Below are positions 52,580 to 64,000 of a stretch of DNA of 64,000 bases, one piece after another. The stretch is from assembly GCF_001949145.1 (NCBI RefSeq), contig NW_019091357.1, positions 1,182,671 through 1,246,670 on the forward strand, read 5' to 3'. Under the pieces are notes generated by a model, which searched no databases, was not told the origin of the DNA, and saw nothing but the letters and a program-made list of their open reading frames with translations. Numbering within the stretch: position 1 is the stretch's first letter; each line of letters starts with the position of its first letter. Both the position numbers and the translations under genes were made by a program. The stretch comes from Acanthaster planci (Eukaryota).

Positions 52580-52760
52580 AAGTGTAATTCGACCACCAGA
52601 ATTAGAAGCCATTACTGTGGTGGCGCAAGGCGTGTGGACAGGTGGTACGCGCGCATTACATGCCTCTATAGGGTGTTGTGATTTGCCAAATGCACGTGCG
52701 CATCAAGCTGCGAGATGTGCATGTGAGTGTGGTGCCACTGCAGTTATGGAGTCTATTATG
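52580..52760. repeat. Dispersed ~180-bp repeat with subterminal inverted repeat; opposite-orientation copy at ~60105-60285
   Basis: Shared GACCACCAGAATTAGAAGCCATTACTG(T/C)GGTGGC ... GCCAC(T/C)GCAGTTA. Confidence 0.75.
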
Positions 52761-53473
52761 CCCCGCCAAACCGAGTAACATTCATAGCAGACCCTACTGA
52801 AACCGATTTATTCCTGTTCATCGCATGCAGCATTTCCCGCTGCTACATGCATATCATAAATTATTCATTAGCTTGAAGAACAAGAAGAAAAATTATCTAA
52901 CCCTTGATGTTTGTTTTGTTTTTTTAGGTTTTACTTTTCCCCAACCATAGCAAATTGTCTGTGTCGTTTTTAACTTTTCACATGTTAAAACTTCAACAGA
53001 AACATGTAACACACCCATGTCAACATCTTCCAATTAGGCCCGATCATGTTCATCAAGCATTCATACTAAGACGATCATCAATCATTCATGCAAGTCATGA
53101 TGAAACTTTTCACGTTTTGAAAGGACACTAATTCGAAAATCATGGCTTTTACTGATTTTAAAAGAAATATAAAGCAGTTACATGGCAGTTATTTCTTGTA
53201 ACAATTCAAACATTCGCATGATTTGTGCTGCGCAAGCAGCCGGCCGTATTGAAAACATAAGGTGAATCATGGGCACTGGGTATGCATTCACTCGCTCTTT
53301 TTTCTATCGATTGCCATCATGTGCGTCATGAGTTACTAACTTGAACTTTTACAATCAATGGGAACACGGATTTATACTCTTTGATTTAAATCTATTATTT
53401 CTGAATTTTTTTCAGTAAATCAGGTTGAGTATTCTCATCTAAAATTCCGCTTCAGGAGTTATTTCTCACTCAC

Positions 53474-53496
53474 ATAAGAACTGCGGCCGAAAAAGG
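53474..53496 (-). promoter_or_regulatory. RPS7 TCT initiator / 5'TOP and short non-coding first exon
   Basis: - strand CCTTTTTCGGCCGCAGTTCTTAT|GTGAGT, typical of ribosomal-protein genes. Confidence 0.7.
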
Positions 53497-53933
53497 TCGA
53501 AGTTCACGAAAGTATCTCGTAGTTGGACGTAATACGCGAGAATCTGCGAGATGTTTACCTCTGTGATTACACTTAAATTCTCCTTTTGAACAAATCTAAA
53601 CTTTTGTATCAAAAATGAAATTCTAAGCGTTAAGACACCAAGAATTAGTTCTCGTTTTGATTTTTTTCGAAATTATGATAAGTTTAGGGAGCAAATTTTT
53701 CACTTTCAAGTTGAAATAACCTTTGACCTATATTTCGTAGTCTGGTTGCTTCATCAAGCATGTACAAAATCGTCGAGAGAAAACCGAACTGTCTTAAAAC
53801 TGCCGTAAACCATAAATCGAAACCATGTAAATCACTTTAGTGTGGACGTGCGTGTTTATGTGTTATTGGACCGCAAACTTCGAAACAAGTTGAGGCTTGT
53901 TGTGACAGACTAGGACTAGGCCCTAGGTCGTGA

Positions 53934-56900
53934 ATGAGCATCCGTCGAGTGTATTGGGCGATAAGTTTATTCGTAGAAACCATGCCCAAGTTTTACTACG
54001 CAGTGAGGAGTGGACGAAGCGTCGGAGTCTTTGATTCGTGGTAGGGCTATGCCGTGCGCCTGCCGGCCGACACGAGCGCGCTGGCCATGCTAGCGATAGG
54101 ATAGCTGCCCTTGCAATGCTCAATGCTTGTGTTTACGGTTTACGTATTAGTCATGTTAGTACTAGTACTAGGCCCTATTATTGACGATCATGGATGGGGT
54201 GCCTAAGCCTGTCAGTATGCTAGTCAGCTAATCGTCTTGCCATCATTCATTTAGTGCTGATTTCATGGATTTAGTGGCATGGTGATCAGATGATGACATG
54301 ATGAGGCAAGAAGAGCTGTTCCGCCCCCCGGTCATGATTGTTACATCCCAACTTAACTATTGCATCAGTCCTAACTATAGTTAGGACAGTATAAGTGCTA
54401 TAGTTTGGCCGGCCCAACTACAGCACAGAGGTCCAGTGTGCATGTGCTCGGCATTTGCCAAAGTCGTATTATTTTCAATGTCATGTCATAGATGAAAAAG
54501 TGCCAAATTTTAGATGAATTGTCATGATTGTGTCAAGCGTGAGATGCATTCACTTGGAGAAAGTTGAGGAATTTCCTCTAAAAACTGGTCAACAATAGTT
54601 GAGCCAGCCCGCCTGCAGCACTACATGTACGGTTGGGACTGTAGTTGGGACTGATGATATATTTGGGGCGTAACAATATCATACCCACAGAGCTGGTCTG
54701 TCCAATTTGTTGTCCACATGGGAGTGCCGCAGACAATGAACCCCAGAGTTGTGGGGGGTAGGCGCCATGAATTCACCACCAACAAATTCCATGACAAGTC
54801 TGTTCAGAATTCACCATGTTCGGCTTGCACGGCTTGGGAAAAACTGTCTGAGGGAAGAGTTCCATATACAGTACAGTGGCCTACTAACCATCACAAAGCA
54901 AAAACATGTCTGGAAAAGTTCAATTTTGGAAGGATATACCAAGTCGTTTACTTAGAATACACTTGGAATTTTTCAGACCAGTCTCATAAGGTTTGTGCAC
55001 AGGGTGTTAAGCGCCGTTCGTATAGCTCTCCTGTTCTGAAAGAATATAAAGAAAAGTAGAATTCATTGGTTTAGCCTTTGGCTTAGTTTTCATGCATTTA
55101 AAACTTGTCAAGTGTTGAGGCCATTTAGGCCTAAAATTCTTTTTAGATTCACATCATCGCCTGCCCCGATTTGCACACTCACTTGATTATTTTATTGTTT
55201 GTTCATTTTTCACAGAAATGTATTTTCCAGACAACATTCTCACCCGATCAACAGGCACAGTCATTGTTGACTTCAGTCACTCCTGTTTAGTAACTTGCTC
55301 CATGGTCACACTACAAAATGTCATTAGGGAAATCACTGAAATAAGATACGATTTTTCTAAATAATAATAAAATTATTTTACATAATAAAACTGAAAAAAG
55401 GAGACAAGCAAGAAAAAAAGAAAGCAGGCAGGAGCAAGAAACTACTTTATTTTGTTACTTGGCCAAATACAGAATGAACTTCGGAGAGCAATGATAGGAC
55501 AAGCAAGCATTAAAGTGCTGTAAAGATAGTTCTTATGATCCAAGCGTCATCTCATCGGGAAATCGTGCTGACCTTAGATCATCCATGCACTTCCACCAGC
55601 ACACTGTTTAATTTCAATTCTCCTCTTTCTGGTCACCAGGGACGACTGTAAGGCCCAGGTTTATGGCTGCCAAGGTGCCCGCCACAAGAAGTTCAAGACA
55701 CCAGAGGAGGCCTGGGAGTTTGTGAATGCTAAACAAGATCCCAATCCTCATTTCCGGAAATACTGTCAGTCAGCGAGGCAGTCCAAAAAGGAGACTTCAT
55801 GTACAACATTTCCATACCAAAGCGCAGTCTCATCGCTGAGCTATGTGCCAGCATCACTGAGCTCTGGTAAAACACCAGAAGTCTATTGTCAGACTTTTTT
55901 TTATTAAAGGCAGGATGAATGTTATTGCATAAAAACACTTAAATCCAGTGTTCAAGTCATCCATTTTGAAGTGGTCTGATACACATTATGAGTTGATCAC
56001 TTGACACTGCATGTAAGTCTGGGATTTTACTCCTCTGGCATTTTTGCATAGCATCTTCCTGTATCCTCACAAACCTTTTCCACTCTGCCGGAAACCTATG
56101 ACGTGTCCCTTGTCCTGTAACCCTCACAGAGCCTCAAGGCCTGTGAATGGAAACAGTCCAGTAAAGCACTCCCAAACCTGGTGCATTTTTGAAAGATTTG
56201 GAAGGATGCATTGTGTATTTTTATTTTGAAAATGTCCTGTAATGCCCCAGTTAAACCAAACAGGTGCTCAGCTCTGTATGTCAGGGAGAATCATTAAGAT
56301 ATCGAAGGAATAGCACGTCAAAGACTTCAGTTGAAGAGGTGCATAAACTTTATAACTACAGCTGCCTCTTCAAATGTACTAAAAACAAATTACTGCTCCA
56401 TATCTTACAGTTGTCTAAAGGTCGATGTTTAGTGTTGTATATGGAGGGTTAAAATCCCTTATTCATTTGTAATTTTAATTGAAACCTAATTCTTGTTTTT
56501 CTTTCACATTTCAGACTATTTCTTATCACCAGAGCCGTTGCCAGTTTTCAAGCCGGAATATACCCACCCAATGGGCCACTCCAGCAAGAGAAAGCACGAG
56601 CCCACACCTGAGGAAACTTACGACAGCTCTTACAAGAAGACGAGACATGACAGCACTTGCTCTGCCTCATCTTATGGCACGCTACCATTATCAGTGCCGT
56701 CATCGACCTCATCCGAGGAGAAGGTGGCCGGAAACGGTACCATTTGAATGATAAATAGCTTCCTCTCCCATGTGGGTGTCACTAGACTATTTTATATGGG
56801 GGGGGGGTGAGTTACTGTCATGAGTGTAATGCTAGTCAGGTTCCCCAACCTGACACTAGCATGAACTCTCCCTTCACTGTCCTTGCCCCCAGCACCATGA

Positions 56901-58251
56901 TTTTGCCCACAAAGCTGTCCAATAGGGTGGATATGACACCCCCACAACCACCCTTCCCCCAAGCGACACCAACGCCCTTCCAGTCACTCCAGGAAATGTC
57001 TCCAATTCAGATTACAAAAACGATAATGTCATGCTTTATCAGCGATCACATATTTGTCAACAGGTCGAGCAGTTGTGTACACGGACGGAGCCTGTGAAAG
57101 CAACGGGCGACGGGGTGCGCGCGCCGGCGTGGGCGTGTACTGGGGGGACAATAACCCATACAACACCAGCGAGAGACTGCAGGGCAGACAGACGAATCAG
57201 AGAGCTGAAATCACGGTGATCATATCCCTTCATGATTCTCGTTAGGCTCTGTAGGGGAGGGGGACCATCCAGTGAGTAATGTTGTCCAGTGAAAAGTCTG
57301 CGATGCCTGATATCGGCATAAACAAGATATCAGTCCAACTGAGCAATCCAGTCTTTCTATTACTTTTTTCCATCTGGGAATCCTATGATTTGATCAAGTG
57401 ATATGTTACTATATTCTGTTTCAAACAGGCCGCAATACGTGCCCTTCAAACTGCCAAGGCGAGAAATATCAAGGAGCTTACATTGTACACAGATAGCAAA
57501 TACACAATTAATGGTGAGTGAAATCGCCCTTCATGTCTTTTTCATCCATCAAGGCTAAGGCGTAGAATAAAGGTCATGACCTCTGCTGGTAAGACTACCA
57601 GCTAGAGGAATAAATGCTATACATGTAGATAGCTGGTAACCATGTCCTGAAAAGGGCACAACTAATAAGTGGAATGCCAAAGAGATTTTGCTTTAAAAAT
57701 CAGTTTTGCTGTAAGACCAGTATTATGATAATAAAGTTCCTCAGGGTAACAGAAACTTTATGTGCCTGAGCCTGCCACAGTGAGTGTGAAGGCCTCTTTG
57801 TTTGCCAATAGCCATGGGGGATTGGATACATCGCTGGAAAGTGAACGGATGGAAGACAGTTGGCAACAAAGATGTCGTGAACAAGGAGGAACTGGAGACT
57901 CTGGACAGCCTCTGCCAACAAGTGAACGTGGACTGGGTGAGTAGCATCAGTGGACAAAACACAGAGCCAAGACTTGGGTAAATAGTGCCCACTTTTGTTC
58001 ATGCATAGAGGGAATAGCTTTTGAATCACTCTCGTGGCTCTGCTGTGGCACAAAGTCGTCTGGTGTCAAAATCTTTGCAGTGATCCTTCAGCAGGAACAT
58101 CGCATCAGCCCAAACTGGTTTTTACGATGTGTCAGATTATGTTCCATTTCTTCTTTGCCCTCAGAAATATGTACCTGGTCACACCAACATCAAGGGTAAT
58201 GAAGCCGCAGACTCGTTAGCAAGAGCTGGTGCTAGAATGCCATCTCACTGA
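53934..58251 (+). CDS. RNASEH1: Ribonuclease H1, 7 coding exons, two in-frame starts (53934 and 53982)
   Basis: Exons 53934-54040, 55640-55866, 56515-56736, 57064-57215, 57429-57513, 57812-57936, 58165-58251. Hybrid-binding domain [18 protein letters not shown]...HKKF; catalytic YTDGA, TNQRAE, YTDS, VPGH..GNEAAD. Confidence 0.95.
54364..54655. mobile_element. Putative MITE in RNASEH1 intron 1
   Basis: Imperfect IR ATCAGTCCTAACTATAGT / ACTGTAGTTGGGACTGAT. Confidence 0.5.
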
Positions 58252-59351
58252 AGGACGACAGTGTAGCCGATGTAACCTGAGGCTTAAACATTCTGTGGTT
58301 CCACTTTAAGACACAATTATCCACCTGATAAGAGACTGCATGAAATGTCATTGTTTGCAAGTTGACTTCACTTACAAGTTAAACATTTGTGACTATGGGT
58401 GCTGATTTTTCCCCAGGGGGAGGGCAGGATAGGGCAAAGCACTTTTTTCAAGGGGGAATTTCGGGGGGGGGGAGGCAATCAGCAATCAACTGATAAACCA
58501 TTGACAGTGGAAAGGGGGCCAACTGTGAGTCCCTTTTCAGGCAAATTGGTGATTTCATTCTTGATAATTTTGTTTTGCTTATTTTCCTTTTGCCGTTCGA
58601 TCTTCCAGCCCTCCCCTGCCACGTCCATCTATGTGACATCGAGCTCTGCTGCTGTAACATGCTTATTAGTGGGCTTTGCGGTTAAGTTATAGACAGGGAT
58701 ATGTAAATATGAAAGTTTGTGTAGGAAATCTGCATTACATTTTGAAGGAGATATATCTTGCCACACTGAGAAAATACAAGTGACGAGCAGGTGACCAGCA
58801 GGTTTGCCAAAAAACTCAAGAGAGGATGCATTGATTTGATTGACAGAGGTGTGTTGTGGGTTGTAGTGAGGCACAGAACACACTTATTTGGAATCTTTCC
58901 TTGTAGTGTAGCTCATGAAGAAACAGACCAGAAACTTCCCTGAAAACTCCTTCATAGAAGCAAACATTGAGGCTGCTTCCATATCAGTGCGCAGAGCCAC
59001 TTTCGTTTCTTCGTGATATTTATCTGTAATTGAAGAGACTTGACTTCCGGTAGGATTTGCTGTTTTTGAGGTTAGGATGGACGTCCGGAACACAAAAGAT
59101 GAGTCTCAATAGAAATGTAATAAAGGAAATCATATTTGTACAGTGTTAATTTATGTTTCATTGAGGCATTTTTCTCTAGGTTCCATTTTCCCATTGTCGA
59201 TCATGGACGTGAGAAAGTAACAAGTCTGACAATCTCAATTCTTTTTTTTTTCTAACCGAAGTCACACTTTACTACAACATTTTATTTGCATATCAAAGAA
59301 ATCACAACCGCTTGTTTTCTTTTTCAAGAAATCTGTATTTCCAGGCATGAA

Positions 59352-59492
59352 CAGTATTATAGTCAAGTCCATCACAAGTCTTCTCAAACAACAGTCAAAG
59401 GATCAACTCCGACAAAGGAATGCTTTGTCATAGTTTATTTGAAATTGCTTGTGACTTGGTTGGCAACTTGTGATAGACTTGACTACAACATG
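59352..59492. mobile_element. Third, degenerate copy of the 12-bp-subrepeat hAT MITE
   Basis: AGTCAAGTCCATCACAAGT ... ACTTGTGATAGACTTGACT, with the shared core GACAAAGGAATGCTTTGTCA. Confidence 0.65.
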
Positions 59493-60104
59493 GATAAAGA
59501 CTTTATAAAATAATGTGCGGTACAATGTATCTTGTGTAATTTAAAGGTTTAACATTAAAAACAGACTTAGTGGTCACAAAGCTGGTTCGCAGTGAAATAT
59601 AGGCACAGGAAAACTAATTGAACAGATTAAAACTTTATTTTGCTTCCAACATGTCTGGTAATTGAAGAGGTGACACATTAGTGTACATTTATCCAAAGTA
59701 GCAGTCAACTCTAGTCACAGAAGTGATTCTCTTTTATTTTTTCATGTGAGATTCTGAACGTCCTGGTGTTTCAGTCAGGTTGACGGATTGATATTCTCTG
59801 GGACGTGTAGTTTGAAGAAAATTGCAGGGGTCATATTAAAAACAATATAAACTGGACATTATAATAATTATGTTTACCATCACAATAAGCTGTACACAGG
59901 TTCAAATTAATAAACAAAACAGAAAACAATATCGGGAAAACAAGCATAACAAAAGCAAAGGAAATGCTGCCATAGTTTTGTCGACATTATGCTCCAGTAT
60001 GGATATTGGGAGAAAAAACCGGGACATCCTTTATACCTTACAAATTTCAACCTTTAAAATTGTATTGTAATTTTTTTTGGGACTATTGTTATAGACTAAT
60101 CTGA

Positions 60105-60285
60105 TTATACACCCTAACTGCGGTGGCGCCGCACTCACACGCACATTCTTCAGCTTGACGCGCATTTGGCAAATCACGACACCCTGTTGGTCGAAGAGGC
60201 ATGTAACGCGCGCGTACCACCAGTCCATGAGCATTGTGCCACCGCAGTAATGGCTTCTAATTCTGGTGGTCAAATTACACTATAG
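60105..60285. repeat. Second copy of the ~180-bp dispersed repeat
   Basis: Reverse-complement match to 52580-52760. Confidence 0.75.
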
Positions 60286-60730
60286 CATGAATATGCTACA
60301 ATTCACAAGAGCTGGTAAGATAGAGAAGAAGCACATCAGGAAAGGCTGTCACTTGGAGGAATTAATTACAAAATACCCAGGCCAGTAAAGAAATAACACG
60401 GGCTTCTCTATTTAAATACATTACTACAGTGGTACGTGTTACATATGGGAGGCAAATACATGCAAAAGACCTCCAAGGGTTACAGAAAACTTGGTCTGAT
60501 TTTGTGAAGTCAAAACATTTCATTGTAATACTAAAATAAGAACATTGTTAATGTGTAATCTGCAAACAACAGAGGTCTTCTTAAACACTGCTTTTTTTCC
60601 CCCTTTATCAATAACCATAAAATTTGCCCGGCGGGAGAAATGGGTTGATTATTGGCCATAACTAACTGGGGCGTTAACTGCTCCGACAATATCGGAGAGA
60701 GAAGCGATGAATGTCCTGAAGCTTTTCCCA

Positions 60731-61556
<826 letters not shown>

Positions 61557-63661
61557 GACAGTGCTGCTGGCGTTGTTACTGTCAACAAACCGCGCCAATG
61601 CACAGCCAATTAATTTTTTCAAAAACCTTGTAAAGGAAGAAAATTGAAATGCTAATTGAATTCTAGAGTTTACGACACAATCAAGGGAGTAGCATCAGGC
61701 GTATCAGGATATAACATGACAAATGTAACATGTATTGCAAATACTGCTTTGATGATTTTACACAATGGCTAAAAAAAATTGCCGGAACAGAAAAGGATCA
61801 AATATCAAACCTTTTTTCATTCCAATACTGTGCTTTAATTGTTCAAAATCCCTCAAGCATGTCAAGTCCTATGACACCATATATGCTGAGGTATGAAAAT
61901 CTGTTCTTGTTCATTATGTTACCGTGTACATGTATATGTATGTTATAAATCTGCAAATTGTTAGGCCCGAGGCCTAAGGCCCTAGGCCTACACGTTCAGT
62001 GAATTGGGGAACATACTCCGATCCCCACTTGCCCTATCCCCAGAAGTGGGGTCCGACGTCCACCCCGCAGGGCGGATGTTGGACCTCACAGTTCTGGGGG
62101 GTACACTTGCCCCACGTCCCTTATTTTGCCACTTACTGTAAAAACCAATTCAGACTTGACGATGGGAGGCAAAATATAATTAATACAGTCACAGACGTTT
62201 CAGGCCTAGGCCCCTATGTTTGGATAAAAAGTACATGGTCACAAGATCTAGGCCCTATCAACATGATCATGCTATCTGGCTGAAGCCTAATTTGTAGGCT
62301 AAAACCAGTATTTAAAGTGACAAAACAATGTGTGATTTAAAACTGCTCTAGCTTTCCTGTCATGCTTGTCTCGTCCTTCAAGCGTCATGCAGGAACAGTA
62401 GCACTAGCAATAGTAGGCCTAGCATTTTTATCATGAAAGCAATCATGACAATTACCACGGAGGTAGCACACAATAACAATAACGTTAATCATGGAGAAAT
62501 AAGAACACGACATATCATGAGCGAGCATTTGCAGGATGAGTAACAAATGTCCGGAAACTGGGCGGATATTTGTTGTAAATATTCAATGATTTCGTGCAAT
62601 TGCAAGAGATCAACGTACTTGGTTACCTGACAAAAGAAAACGTTGCTGAATATTCTCGCCTGAATTCCGACTCCTCAGCTCGATCCAATTCACGACATGT
62701 AGGCCCCTATGACTGAGACGGAAGTTCACACCAGACCTCCATGCTCTATCGCAACATATGTCGTGCACGTACAATGTATATGACGAATTTTTCGGATCGT
62801 GTTACTTTGCTTAACAACATGAATTTTGCACGAGTATGGATGCTACGGTTGGAAGATCCGATATTTGTCATTCAAACACGTATGAACACGATGCGCTAGC
62901 AGCGCTGGGGTTGCACTCACAGTAATTTGCACTACACCAAATACGCGCCCATAGAAAACAGTGCAAAATCAGACCGAAAGAGCGCCGCCTGTCGACTCTC
63001 GAGAAGAGGGTGGCCTCTGTTTTTTCATTGGAAATTCAAGATCATGGCCAGAAGATCACTTTTCGTTTCAGTTTTTTTAGGGGTTAGCTACGAATTTTTT
63101 TTTATTTGCCTTTCCCCGGAGACACCCCGAAAATAGTTGTAAAACTATGCGCTCAGCTCTGAATGTAACCGCCCGCCTCCGTCCAAAATAGGCCCACTTT
63201 TGGGGGGCTTTTTGTGAAAGAAATACCCCGAACTAGAAACTATCAGTCCCAAATTCGGGATTCATAGAAATATTTCTATGATCCCTCCTGATTATGGCAT
63301 GTTTTATTGTAAAAACCCCGTAGGATAACCAAATAATGAGCTAGCGCGTAGAAATCCAACGACACGGTGCGACGTTGGCGTGTCTGGCCCGCCGCACAGA
63401 AGCGAGGGCGCCATCAATAAGGCCTTTTGCTTGTCGTAAATAAACCGTGCCGGATACGTAGCTCCTTTGTTAGATATGATGCTAGTGTTTTAGACGCTTT
63501 TTAACATGGACAATAAAGGCTCTTGCACGAGGCTCATATTTGAATAAATTCTGATAAACTGTTGTAAAACAACCGTATTTTGGACTAAATGGACGCACAA
63601 AACCATAGTTATGAATCCTCTTGTGACTGAATTTACCCCCAATATGATTTTCAACCAAAAA

Positions 63662-63830
63662 CAGGGGGGCGATTGCCCAACGATAAAGATTGCTGAAAAC
63701 AGCTGAAAAAGGCATAAAGAAGCTGAACTGTGAAAATCAAAACTTTTGTACACAGCCAGTGAGGGGAAAAGCTGAAATCCAAAACAAAAAAAGCTGAAAA
63801 CAGCCCAAAAGCTGAAAAATCTCACCTCCG
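63662..63830. mobile_element. Second copy of the CAGGGG / 6-bp-TSD MITE
   Basis: Matches 24236-24382; flanks CAAAAA and CAAAAG. Confidence 0.7.
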
Positions 63831-64000
63831 CAAAAGGAAAAAAAATTCATTTGTGGGACATGTACAGAATTGTTTAACATGATTAACTAAAGATACGCCT
63901 GTCCACTCAGCATAAAAAGAATGTCCTTGACAACACCGTTTTACCTCTAAGAAAATTATCACTCGGCTAACAGATCTGGAATCATCCAAACCTTCATACA

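Noticed and set aside
54645..54670. CTGATGA hammerhead core
   Set aside because: No matching GAAA or stems; it is the end of an inverted-repeat element.

Overview
Eukaryotic (animal, probably marine-invertebrate) intron-rich genomic DNA. I assembled the genes exon by exon and checked splice phases. Genes, in order: the 5' part of a prostanoid-receptor-like GPCR (-, runs off the left edge); RAE1 (-) head-to-head with EIF2S1 (+); three RTN4IP1-like MDR NAD(P)H oxidoreductase genes; RPS7 (-) head-to-head with RNASEH1 (+); and ELOC (-). The main find is the middle oxidoreductase gene (37523-44144, -). Its 12 exons join in phase into a ~707-aa GST-N/GST-C + two hydrophobic helices + RTN4IP1-like fusion, provided one assembly N at 42329 is removed. 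The two paralogs carry only the hydrophobic pair plus the MDR domain, and one of them has a frameshift. Also seen: a candidate intronic H/ACA snoRNA in RPS7, two in-frame AUGs in RNASEH1, a cluster of tRNA-like Pol III modules, a possible decayed Cys-rich secreted-protein gene with a TATA+Inr promoter, and many MITEs and LINE fragments, some nested and with target-site duplications (TSDs). All family assignments come from motif recognition; no database search was run.
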